Numbered from the stretch's first letter, positions 16,197-25,538 are shown. The stretch is DNA of 32,000 nt from Candidatus Hermodarchaeota archaeon (GCA_048886185.1 JBHLKY010000019.1:60001-92000); one strand, 5' to 3'. The notes: a model not told the origin generated them from the sequence alone. Numbers and translations are program-made.

Positions 16197-16466
16197 ATCT
16201 GTTTTTGATGTTGCCTAAACAGACACAAAATGGGACTCTCGATGATCATCATCTTCATTATTTCGTTTTTTTCTATTCCAACAACGAATGAAAGTCTAAT
16301 TTTTTCCAAATGACTCAACTATGTCACTTTATTGTATTATCAATTATTAAATTTTAAATTCCTGTAAATAAAGGAATACCCAAGGAATCTCTTTAGTTAT
16401 TTTATGAGAAGCATTTTTTAATTAGAGTTTTGTTGCTCTTTAAAAACTTAGTAAGGTAGAGTATTC

Positions 16467-18113
16467 ATGAAAATTACTAAGATTATCTTTATCATACTTC
16501 CTACAAGCATCGTGTGGTTAGTTACAGCTCCTTTTCTCCTAGTTTATGCTTTTGATTTGCTTGAAATAGACATAAATCAGAGTTTATCCAGTTCTGGTGT
16601 GATTCTTCTATTTTTTACTGCAATTTTCGCCACTTTTTCCTTGTATTTATCTGGATACATCATTGATAAGAATCCACAGGTAATCAACACATTAATCACA
16701 GGATCTTTGATAATGAGTGGGATTAGTCTCTTCATCACAGTTCTAGGTGTTGATTTTTTTATTTTTCTTATATTAGGATTGATAAGTCTTGGTTTTTTCT
16801 TGGGAATATTAGCATCAGGAGCTAGTGCACTATATACAGCACATTCAGAGGTCCACCACCGAGGACGTATTTATGCCAGTGCCCTATTCATCAGTGCAAT
16901 TATATCACTAATCATTATCCTATATGTTGAACTCTTTAAGCTAGATATTCGAATTCCTCTCCTTATTATTAGCAATTTGGCGATTCTTGCTGCAATCCTT
17001 TTCTATTATGTTTCTCGCTCATCATCTCCTTGGGTGAATGATAAATTCCCTACTCCAATCAAACATATTATTAATCGGAGATCAGTTAAAGCTTATTTGG
17101 TCGCTCATTTCTTCTTTTATTTTATGCTTGGAATAGCTTTTGCTACTCTATCCCAGATCGGTCATTCACGGTATCCCGATCTACTAGTTACTCTGCCATT
17201 CCTTGGAAAGCTGGCATTAGATCAGACAAAATTATTTTGGATCATTGTTTTCTTTGGTGATTTACTTTGTGTATTACCAATGGGGTGGTTTTCTGATCAT
17301 TTTGGAAGAAAGAACCTTGTTGTAATGGGTTTTTATGGAGTCGTAGTTGCAGCATTAATTGTAGGCTTAAGTGAAAATCCAATAATGTTCTACTTCTCTG
17401 CGTATCTATTAGGGGTCAGCTTTTCAGCGATCCATCCCTCTCTTGATAGTGCTGTATGGTGTGACTTAAGCCCTCTTGACTCTGTAGGACGATATAATGC
17501 CTTAGGTTTCGTTTTTTTACTACAAGGAGTCGGATGTGGTTTAGCGATGGGCATATTTATACTTCCCTTAAGTCCTAGTACTATTAGTTATGTCCTTTTT
17601 GGTTCAGCTGTTTTTGGATTATTTCCCCTCTTTTTTGTAGCAGACTCTTTTGAACCTCTTGATATCTACCTTCTCTTAATTGCTACAAGCGGAATATGCA
17701 TGTTTAATTACGATTTTGAAAGACCAGATCAAAGTAAGATTACTGAAAAAGATCTAGCTCTTGTGGCCGGCGCCTTATCAGCTATTAGTACATTTTTCGA
17801 GGGGATAAGCCAACAACCTGCTGTTTTAGATCTTGTTCGTCATGGTAAAGTGGTGACTTTCCAAACAAAAGGAGGAACAGAGAGAAAGGAGCTCATCGCC
17901 ACAATTTTTACCAACAAGATGGATCCTGAGCTACAACAAAGCCTAGATAGTTTCTTAGCAAGATTTTGTTTATCTTATCATAACGAGATAAATGAGTGGA
18001 TTGGTCAAACTAGTGTTTTTGATCCTGCAATCAGTATCGCTGAAGATGTTTTTGGTCCTCTTATTCCATCTAAAACAGTATTAAGAAGTTTAAAAGAGTC
18101 AGAGATTAACTGA
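16467..18113 (+). CDS. 12-TM MFS transporter fused to a C-terminal longin domain (copy 1)
   Basis: About 12 hydrophobic segments, MFS motif A GWFSDHFGRK and loop HHRGR. From about 17655 a soluble longin pattern: LLLIATSGICMFNYDF...LVAGALSAISTFF...LDLVRHG...IATIFTN...FLARFCLSY...W.G...F. Confidence 0.85.
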   Translation: MKITKIIFIILPTSIVWLVTAPFLLVYAFDLLEIDINQSLSSSGVILLFFTAIFATFSLYLSGYIIDKNPQVINTLITGSLIMSGISLFITVLGVDFFIFLILGLISLGFFLGILASGASALYTAHSEVHHRGRIYASALFISAIISLIIILYVELFKLDIRIPLLIISNLAILAAILFYYVSRSSSPWVNDKFPTPIKHIINRRSVKAYLVAHFFFYFMLGIAFATLSQIGHSRYPDLLVTLPFLGKLALDQTKLFWIIVFFGDLLCVLPMGWFSDHFGRKNLVVMGFYGVVVAALIVGLSENPIMFYFSAYLLGVSFSAIHPSLDSAVWCDLSPLDSVGRYNALGFVFLLQGVGCGLAMGIFILPLSPSTISYVLFGSAVFGLFPLFFVADSFEPLDIYLLLIATSGICMFNYDFERPDQSKITEKDLALVAGALSAISTFFEGISQQPAVLDLVRHGKVVTFQTKGGTERKELIATIFTNKMDPELQQSLDSFLARFCLSYHNEINEWIGQTSVFDPAISIAEDVFGPLIPSKTVLRSLKESEIN

Positions 18114-18295
18114 TTACCAATATTATTACTATGATGACTGTTACTTCAAAATAAAAAGGATGGGTAAGTAAGTTAATAAAGTTCCCCAGATCAATAAAAT
18201 ATTAACATTTTTCTACGAGAATATCAAGAAAGGAAGAAAATTACTAAATAAATATTATGATATACGTTGTAAAATAGATAACAGAATCCTATATA

Positions 18296-19972
18296 ATGTC
18301 CAATGTGATAAAAGTGAAAATCAAAATAATTTTGACCGTAATTATCCCAAGTATATTCTCTTGGTTGTTAGCTTCCCTATTACTCTTGGTTTATTCTTTT
18401 GATATTTTAGATAAAGTAGAATCGTCAAAAAACAATCCTTTTCTCGGATTTGGAATGTTGATATTGGGTTTTGTATTGTGTTTGGTTATCTTCATGCTTT
18501 ACTATACTGGCTCTGTACTCGATAGCCATCCAGAATATTTATGGCTTTCTGTGATAATAGGGATGGTGGGGAGCTCTATTTCAGTTATTATTTCAATTAT
18601 ATTTTTTGAGGAATATATAATATTGATGATTGGATTGATATGCCTTGCTTTCTTTTTCGGAATATTGTTAACAAGTAATGGAACACTGTTTGCTGGGTTA
18701 ACAGATATGTGGCACCGAGGAAGAGTATATTCATATTGTATCTTCATCTTTATTGCTATTGCCTTACTTAGTATCCTCTTTGGGGGAGTATTTTCGCATG
18801 AATATGAGAGGATTTACCAAAGTGGGATTTGGACTTATAGCTTCACAAGTGTGTTAGTTGTTGTTGGTATTCTTGGACTTATATTTGCTTTAATTTTTTT
18901 CCTTTTAACCCGTAATCTAGGTATCCCTTGGCAAAATGATAAATGGCCAACAAAATTTTCCAAAATCATTGGACGAAGGTCAGTTCGAGCTTATATACTC
19001 TCACACATTTTATTATATACGATGCTTGGTATTTCTTTAGCTAGTTTTTCTCGAATTGGAGAGTTATTGGAAATTTCTTGGGCAATAGGGGAGTATGATC
19101 TCCCTGTTGATAAAACGTTTTGGTTTTTCGTCCTACTTGGAGATCTCCTAGTGATTTTACCTGCTGGGTACCTTGCGGATCGTTTCGGACGAAAAAATTT
19201 TATTGTTGCTGCAATTTATGGATTAGTATTTGCATCATTGATTTTTGGGCTAGAAAAGTCTCCCAATAGCTTCCTCATTGCTGCTTTTGGTATAGGTTTT
19301 TCTTTTGCAATGCTCCATACAACACTAGACTCCTCTTTATGGGCTGATTTATCTCCTCGGGATGGTCTTGGCCGTTATTACTCGATTGGGTTTATTTCAC
19401 TTGCACTTGGTCTTGGAATTGGCTCTGGATTTGGTCATTGGGTTTTAACACCTATGGTTACTGATCTTTCGGGATTAGAATTCATTACATACCTTATAAC
19501 TATTTTAGCAGTTCTATCGGCTTTACCTTTGTTCTGGGTATCAGATAGTTTCAAACCACTTGATTTTACGCTCCTTCTTGTTATTGAGGAAGGAGGACTA
19601 CCAATCTTCGATTACACATTTACAAAAGATATAGATACCAGTATTGAATTAACATTACTTTCAGGAGCTCTCAAAGCCGTATCCTCTTTTATGTCCGAAA
19701 CCATGAAAGACAAAGGCGATTTGAATCTAGTAAGACATGGTAACCACTTTATATTGACTGAAAAAAAGAATGGAACATCTGCTGCTATTTTTAGTAATAA
19801 ACAGGATCCAGAATTACATAAAGCTCTTCGAGAATTTCTTGAAAAGTTCTGTATTAAGTATAATGAAACGCTTAAAACATGGCGTGGAGTTCGGTCTCTA
19901 TTTGATGGTGCTGTTGATATTGCAGAGGAAGTTTTTGGATATCTATCACCTTCAACGAACCTTGAAGAATAA
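18296..19972 (+). CDS. 12-TM MFS transporter fused to a C-terminal longin domain (copy 2, paralog)
   Basis: GYLADRFGRK and WHRGR. From about 19556: LLVIEEGGLPIFDYTF...LLSGALKAVSSFMSETM...LNLVRHGNHFIL...AAIFSNKQDPEL...FLEKFCIKY. Alternative GTG start at 18314 (VKIK aligns with MKIT of copy 1). Confidence 0.85.
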   Translation: MSNVIKVKIKIILTVIIPSIFSWLLASLLLLVYSFDILDKVESSKNNPFLGFGMLILGFVLCLVIFMLYYTGSVLDSHPEYLWLSVIIGMVGSSISVIISIIFFEEYIILMIGLICLAFFFGILLTSNGTLFAGLTDMWHRGRVYSYCIFIFIAIALLSILFGGVFSHEYERIYQSGIWTYSFTSVLVVVGILGLIFALIFFLLTRNLGIPWQNDKWPTKFSKIIGRRSVRAYILSHILLYTMLGISLASFSRIGELLEISWAIGEYDLPVDKTFWFFVLLGDLLVILPAGYLADRFGRKNFIVAAIYGLVFASLIFGLEKSPNSFLIAAFGIGFSFAMLHTTLDSSLWADLSPRDGLGRYYSIGFISLALGLGIGSGFGHWVLTPMVTDLSGLEFITYLITILAVLSALPLFWVSDSFKPLDFTLLLVIEEGGLPIFDYTFTKDIDTSIELTLLSGALKAVSSFMSETMKDKGDLNLVRHGNHFILTEKKNGTSAAIFSNKQDPELHKALREFLEKFCIKYNETLKTWRGVRSLFDGAVDIAEEVFGYLSPSTNLEE

Positions 19973-19974
19973 TA

Positions 19975-20871
19975 ATGAGTGATAACATGCTAAGTAATCT
20001 GCTTTATCGTTTGAGAGTACCGAACATTGTTGGTTCATCACTTTTTGCTTTTACTGGATTAATACTGAATCTACGTCAGCCTCACACGTTTGAAATGTAC
20101 AGAGCTCTTCTAATTGTACTTTCTATGATATTCTTCAATATCTTCATCTGGATTTCAAATGACTATTATGATGCTCCATATGATGCTGCTGATGCTTATA
20201 AGAGGGCAAGAAACGTATTTTGCGGGAAATCAGAAAGTCGAGATTATAAGATTGGAATGACTTTAATGGTTTTTTCAATACTATCGGGATTAATTAGTGG
20301 ATGGTTTGCTGGTCTTATCTATTTTTTATTTGCTGTCGCAGGAATGCTTCTTGCATATTTTTATAACAGTCCAATTTTTCGTGCAAAGAGTCGGATTGGT
20401 TTTGATTGGATTTTTCATGTAATCTGGTTTCAAATCACATTTCTTCCCCTATATTTGTATATTTTTGGTTTTGATGTAATTTGGGGTCTTGAGACAAAAC
20501 ATATTCAATTTTATTGTGTTTTTCTTTCAATTTCTTTACTGTCATTGTTAGCGCAAATAAATCATCAGATTCCCGACTATTCTCTAGATCTTCATACAGA
20601 ACAAAGAACAACCGTTGTTGCTTTAGGGATAGAAATTACGTTAAAGCTTAGATACATATTTTATTTTTCTATCTCTATTGCTGTTTTTATTCTTTGTATA
20701 CTAAACAATACATTCATTGCTTTGTTAATGATGATTATCTATACTCTATACATGTTAAAGACTGATAAAACGAAAGCAGCAGATGCTCCTTTACCATGGT
20801 TGTACTTTTTTGTACTAGATTACCTAATTCTCTCTCCAATATTATCCAATATTTTTTCAATATTATTATAA
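19975..20871 (+). CDS. UbiA-superfamily intramembrane prenyltransferase
   Basis: First Asp-rich motif NDYYDAPYD, then YNSPIFRAK, and second motif NHQIPDYSLD...RTTVVALG. Multiple TM helices. Starts 2 nt after MFS-longin copy 2. Confidence 0.88.
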   Translation: MSDNMLSNLLYRLRVPNIVGSSLFAFTGLILNLRQPHTFEMYRALLIVLSMIFFNIFIWISNDYYDAPYDAADAYKRARNVFCGKSESRDYKIGMTLMVFSILSGLISGWFAGLIYFLFAVAGMLLAYFYNSPIFRAKSRIGFDWIFHVIWFQITFLPLYLYIFGFDVIWGLETKHIQFYCVFLSISLLSLLAQINHQIPDYSLDLHTEQRTTVVALGIEITLKLRYIFYFSISIAVFILCILNNTFIALLMMIIYTLYMLKTDKTKAADAPLPWLYFFVLDYLILSPILSNIFSILL

Positions 20872-20893
20872 ATCTATTATAGGTGTTTGACAA

Positions 20894-21559
20894 GTGGTCC
20901 TGTTCCTTATTATTCAGCTTTTGTTAACATTAAGCCTTATTATCCTTTTTCTACTTGTTTTTACTGGAGTTACTTCATTTGAGGTTGATTTAATCCCTTC
21001 ATTGGTTATATCCCTCTTTCTAACCTATTTTTTGACGCTTTTTCTTCTAGCTAGTATGCACAAGATTTCAAGAGTTTTAATGAAAAATAAGGAAGGTGAG
21101 ATAGATGGTACGGATTTAATCTTATGGACAATTCAAGCCACAAGCTTGGACATTGCTATAACATTAACTCGAAAGTTAATTATTCATTCTCCTTTTCCAG
21201 ATGTCCTTTTTAGATTATTTGGTCTAAAAATTAAGAAGGGGGTTTCAATATTAACTCCTCGTATCTGGGATCCCGATCTTATTGAAATCGGGGAGAACAC
21301 TTTAGTGGGTACAAACACCCTAATATCAGGACATCATATAAGGAGGGGTAAAATGTTCCGAAGACGAATTATTATTGGGAAAAATGTCACAATCGGAGCT
21401 GATTGTGTCATTTTACCAGGTGTAGTAATTGGAGACAATACTATAGTTGGTCTTGGCTCTAGTATTCCACCTAACCAAATACTGGATGCCAACAGTCTAT
21501 ATAGTGGTGTTCCAGTGAAAAAGCTGAAATCTTTGACCATTAAAGATTCAGAGAATTGA
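20894..21559 (+). CDS. Membrane-anchored LbH acyltransferase, paralog 2
   Basis: Two TM helices, FRLFGLKIKKGV, IEIGENTLVG, SGHH, IIIGKNVTIG, VIGDNTIVG and YSGVPV. Confidence 0.88.
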   Translation: MVLFLIIQLLLTLSLIILFLLVFTGVTSFEVDLIPSLVISLFLTYFLTLFLLASMHKISRVLMKNKEGEIDGTDLILWTIQATSLDIAITLTRKLIIHSPFPDVLFRLFGLKIKKGVSILTPRIWDPDLIEIGENTLVGTNTLISGHHIRRGKMFRRRIIIGKNVTIGADCVILPGVVIGDNTIVGLGSSIPPNQILDANSLYSGVPVKKLKSLTIKDSEN

Positions 21560-21617
21560 TTCCATTATTTATTATAATTATAGATTTTTGACACAATGAA
21601 ATTTCCGTTTCTGATTT

Positions 21618-22292
21618 TTAAAGTTCTTTGGGATCAATTTCTTTAACTTTTTTAACTGGCACACCAGAATAAATGCAATTTGAATCAAGCTTCCAATTTG
21701 CAGGTACAAGAGATCCTGCACTTACCATTACATTATCTCCAATTTCTGCTCCTGGTAAAACAGTGGAGAGAATGCCGAGGGTGCAATTTTTTCCAATTTT
21801 AATACGCTTTCGATAGAGTCTTCCCCTCCGTATATGATGAGCAGTTATCATCGCATTTGTTCCTATTAATGTCCCCTCTCCCACATCAATAAGCTCTAAG
21901 TCCCATAAATCTGCCATAATACTCACCCCTTTTCTTTTCTTAAAACCAAATAATCTCATGAGTATATCTGGAAATAGTGGTAATAAGATTATTTTCTTTG
22001 TAATTATCCGGGCTAAATCCCAGGTAGTTTCCTTGATTGTCCATAAAATTTTCTCTAATCCAGCCAATTCTCCCTCTTTATCGCGAAGTAATACCCTAGA
22101 AGTTTTGTTAATTGAAGCTAAGCCAAACAATATTGTGAAATATGATATTAGGAATGTTAGTATAATCACTATGAGAATTTCTATAATGGAAGGGAAAAAA
22201 AATAAATCTTGAGAGAGAACTCCAAGAAATACAAAATAAACAATCGTGATACAGAGACATATTAGGATTAATTGAATAATTAGATAAATCAT
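21618..22292 (-). CDS. Membrane-anchored LbH acyltransferase, paralog 3
   Basis: Colinear with paralog 2 (KEGE, ILWTI, RLFG, HHIRRG, IGKN, YSGVPVKK). ATG at 22292, with an alternative GTG at 22295. Confidence 0.88.
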   Translation of the reverse strand: MIYLIIQLILICLCITIVYFVFLGVLSQDLFFFPSIIEILIVIILTFLISYFTILFGLASINKTSRVLLRDKEGELAGLEKILWTIKETTWDLARIITKKIILLPLFPDILMRLFGFKKRKGVSIMADLWDLELIDVGEGTLIGTNAMITAHHIRRGRLYRKRIKIGKNCTLGILSTVLPGAEIGDNVMVSAGSLVPANWKLDSNCIYSGVPVKKVKEIDPKEL

Positions 22293-22317
22293 CACATTAA
22301 CACTTTGTTTGAATCCT

Positions 22318-23472
22318 TTATTTCGAGCTTAATGCTTTTATTGTCTCTAGACATAACTGAATTTCTTCTATCGTATTATAACAGTGAGGAGAGAGGCGTA
22401 TTCCTCCCTCACGATAAGAAACAGCAATGGGAAAAGATAATTTTCGGAGTTGGGATACAATTTTCTCACCATTAGGACAGGAAAAGCTAACTATTCCACT
22501 TCTTTGTTCTTTAGTCTCTATTGGAGTGTTTAACTGAAAAATCTTCTCGTTTCTAACAATTTCAATAATTAAATCGGTTAGCTTCATGATTTGCTGATAT
22601 ATTTTGTCAATACCTAGATCATTCAGATATTTTACAGCTCTTGCTATTAAATGGGTATGTGGGCCTAGTGAAGCCTGAAATCTTTTGGCTCCACGGCCAG
22701 GTATATAAACATGATGGGATAGATCAAGTGGATTTGCATCTGACATTGACCCAACAAAACTAGGATAAAGTAATTCAGCTAATTCCCGCTTGATATAAAT
22801 AAAACCAGTCCCAAGAGGTCCCAATAGCCATTTATAACCTCCAGAAGCCAGATAATCAATATCTTGCTTTTGAACATCTACTGGTACTGCTCCAAGAGAT
22901 TGAATTGCATCTACAATGAATCTTACTTCTTTCTCATGACAAATTTTAGCTAGCTCGTTAATGTTAGCACGAAATCCATTACTAAATTGAACATGTGAAA
23001 TTGCGACTAATCGTGTTGATTCATCAATAGCTTGGTTGAATGATTCTAGAGGAATAACCCCGTCAATATTTGAGAGAACTTCTAATTGCAAGTCGAATTT
23101 ATTTGCTAGAGCTTGATATGTGTAGGAATTTGATGTGTATTCCGCATTATTAATAATGATTTTATCATCTTTCTCCCATTTAATGCTTTCAGCAATCGCA
23201 GCCAGTCCATAACTCGTGTTATAGGTAAAAGCGATCTCTTCCTCAGGAAATTTAGCATTTATAAACTTACCAACAATTCGACGATCCTCATTTATACTCT
23301 CGAGTATCTTTTCGAGATTTGGAAAAAATAAATCGCCATAAGATTTATGATGAATCAACCATTTTTGACATTCTTCAATTACTGGTGTAGGACTCGGTGA
23401 GATGGCAGCATGATTTAGAAAGATGGCTTTTTCAGTAACTGGGAACTCTTTCCTGAGCTTTTCAAAATCCAT
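22318..23472 (-). CDS. Aminotransferase class V / C-S lyase-like PLP-dependent enzyme
   Basis: IFLNHAAISP, NTSYG, SHVQFSNG, VDAIQSLG, PLP lysine in SGGYKWLLGP, and IRLSPHCYN. Confidence 0.9.
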   Translation of the reverse strand: MDFEKLRKEFPVTEKAIFLNHAAISPSPTPVIEECQKWLIHHKSYGDLFFPNLEKILESINEDRRIVGKFINAKFPEEEIAFTYNTSYGLAAIAESIKWEKDDKIIINNAEYTSNSYTYQALANKFDLQLEVLSNIDGVIPLESFNQAIDESTRLVAISHVQFSNGFRANINELAKICHEKEVRFIVDAIQSLGAVPVDVQKQDIDYLASGGYKWLLGPLGTGFIYIKRELAELLYPSFVGSMSDANPLDLSHHVYIPGRGAKRFQASLGPHTHLIARAVKYLNDLGIDKIYQQIMKLTDLIIEIVRNEKIFQLNTPIETKEQRSGIVSFSCPNGEKIVSQLRKLSFPIAVSYREGGIRLSPHCYNTIEEIQLCLETIKALSSK

Positions 23473-23651
23473 CAACTTTTATCATCCTTAATTACTATTT
23501 TATAATGCTTTCATATTTTCTAGTAAAAATACATATTTATTACATAGGATGACTTGTTTTCCAGGAAACCATCCTGAAATAGTTTATCACAGATTTAATA
23601 ATCTCAAATAAACACTACAATACTCTTGTTTTGCAGCTATTCTTTGTTAAA

Positions 23652-25538
23652 TTACGTTTTATTTTCTTTATCCATGTTAATCATAATTAGTTTTGTCAGT
23701 TCAGAAAGGTAGTCAATAGCCTCTCGGATGGAGTTCCTTTTAAGCTCGTAATCAGTTGTTTTAGAGGTAAATTTTTGGAGTTGATTATGCGTTTGTAATA
23801 TTTGAAGGATTTCTCTCTGTTTCTGCACTTTTCCTTCAAGTAGAATAAATTGATGGTCTTTTGCATGTTTCATGACTTGATCGAATATTTTTGCTGCCTT
23901 CGAATATTGACGTGTATGCATTTCAATTATAGCAAAAATTAATTCCACTTCACACCTAATAAGGGCCGAAGATTCGGCAGCAGCTTTAAGATCCTTCAAA
24001 AAAAGTTTTGCTTTCTCCAGATATTCATAATTATCAGCTGAAATCATGAAAAGTTCCAAATTTGTTTTAGTTATTCCTAAAAGGGTTTGTGCTTCTACTT
24101 CAAAGGATTCACAGTATTCAAGTGCTAAAGAAAACTCCTTTGAAGCTTTTTGCAAATGTTTCTGATTTAATTCTTTTTGATTAAGTGCGATATTTCCTAA
24201 TGTATTGTAATATCTACCAAAATCAAGGCGCCTTTGTTGAGTCCAGATTTGAGTTTTAGCTTTCGATAAAAGGTTCTCAATTTCATACGAAAAGTTATCA
24301 CCCATCTTTGATAATAATTCTGCTAGCGCTAGCAAAATAATCGGTGGTACGGTTTTCAAATTCTCTTCAAATATCGTGATACTTGACTCATAGCATTTTT
24401 TTGCTTGGATTAAGTTTCCTTGATTGGATTCAAGCCAACCAAGGGCCCCATATGTGAATCCCAACCCATAATAGTCCCCCTCCTCCTCACTTAGTAACAT
24501 ACTAGATTTATAACAGTTTGTTGCTTTTTTATTGTCACCAATGAGAGTGTAAATCATACCCAATGTATTTTGAGTGTATGCTTCTTGCCATCTGTCGTGA
24601 ATTTCTTTTTGATTTATTCTCAGAGATTCCATTAAATAATGAATAGCGAGATTATACTCCCCAGTGAAACGTAAATTTGATCCTAATGAATTTAAAATAT
24701 GAATTCTTCTCCCTGATGGTATTGGGACTTCTTCTAGACATTGCAACAATATATCTTTGGCTCTTTGGTACTCACCAAGCAATTGAAGCATCCAAACGAA
24801 GTTCAATTTTAAAGAAACAACGTTTTTAGAATCTATTTTATTACCTTTGGTACAAAACCGTAAACTCTTTTGCATATGATTCAGAAATCTTTCAGTATCT
24901 AATTGCTGTCTCGCTAATCTTGCGTGGGCATACTCTAATACACATTGAGTTACATCATTAGATGGATGACGGTCAAAATCAAGTGCTTTTGTGACTAGTA
25001 CAAACCAAGGACTTAGTTTAGCGTACCCTGTAATATCCCATAAGAAGTCTAAATTAGTGTTCCAGTTCTCTTGAAGCTTATTACTTTTAAATATATCATC
25101 CAATCCTTCTATCAAAGTTTTAAAAAAGTTTTCCTCGTCTTCTAATCTGAAATAGCAATTAAGTAACATTTTACGATAATAATTTTGACGGCCTAAATCA
25201 TTTGAAAGAAAAGAAAGTGTATTCTGAAAGAATTGAACTGCTCTGGAATAATTTCCCATTCTATAATGAATTGTAGCCATCCTTCCATTAAGACTACTTT
25301 TCTGACCAGAGGTTAGTTCTATTTCTTTAGATAGTAGAAGAGATTCTTCGATATTCTCTTTTGCTGAATTATAATCTTTTCTATATCGCTTAATTTCACT
25401 TGAAAGTAGATTAAACCAATATCTTTCTTCGCTAGTAAACTCTGGTGCTATCTTCATTAGTTTTATATAAATCCTTTCAGCTTCTTGGATTTTATTTTCT
25501 CTAATTAGCCGTCGAACTTCAGTATAGTGAGTCTCCAT
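23652..25538 (-). CDS. Tetratricopeptide repeat (TPR) protein
   Basis: Recurring TPR consensus, e.g. ILNSLGSNLRFTGEYNLAIHYL, TQNTLGMIYTLIGDNKKATNCY, TYGALGWLESNQGNLIQAKKCY and YYNTLGNIAL. Confidence 0.88.
   Translation of the reverse strand: METHYTEVRRLIRENKIQEAERIYIKLMKIAPEFTSEERYWFNLLSSEIKRYRKDYNSAKENIEESLLLSKEIELTSGQKSSLNGRMATIHYRMGNYSRAVQFFQNTLSFLSNDLGRQNYYRKMLLNCYFRLEDEENFFKTLIEGLDDIFKSNKLQENWNTNLDFLWDITGYAKLSPWFVLVTKALDFDRHPSNDVTQCVLEYAHARLARQQLDTERFLNHMQKSLRFCTKGNKIDSKNVVSLKLNFVWMLQLLGEYQRAKDILLQCLEEVPIPSGRRIHILNSLGSNLRFTGEYNLAIHYLMESLRINQKEIHDRWQEAYTQNTLGMIYTLIGDNKKATNCYKSSMLLSEEEGDYYGLGFTYGALGWLESNQGNLIQAKKCYESSITIFEENLKTVPPIILLALAELLSKMGDNFSYEIENLLSKAKTQIWTQQRRLDFGRYYNTLGNIALNQKELNQKHLQKASKEFSLALEYCESFEVEAQTLLGITKTNLELFMISADNYEYLEKAKLFLKDLKAAAESSALIRCEVELIFAIIEMHTRQYSKAAKIFDQVMKHAKDHQFILLEGKVQKQREILQILQTHNQLQKFTSKTTDYELKRNSIREAIDYLSELTKLIMINMDKENKT

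Noticed and set aside
16241-16250. Perfect 10-bp palindrome gatgatcatc in the IPK/MFS divergent region
   Set aside because: It occurs once in this intergenic context and is short enough to arise by chance. I found no second copy supporting an operator.
19975-20871. Calling the UbiA protein DGGGP synthase
   Set aside because: The motifs establish only the superfamily. The subfamily cannot be assigned without phylogeny.
286-22212. Short opposite-strand or alternate-frame track ORFs (286-480, 765-1187, 2225-2476, 2676-2921, 3732-3938, 5237-5464, 6638-6820, 7205-7387, 10417-10611, 11789-12079, 12363-12650, 12943-13233, 13696-13959, 18502-18747, 19770-19982, 21334-21540, 21958-22212)
   Set aside because: They overlap well-supported genes (or the better small-ORF candidate) and show no motifs, so they are treated as shadow ORFs.
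22318-23472. Calling this gene a cysteine desulfurase (iscS/sufS)
   Set aside because: The catalytic Cys loop motif of either group is absent.
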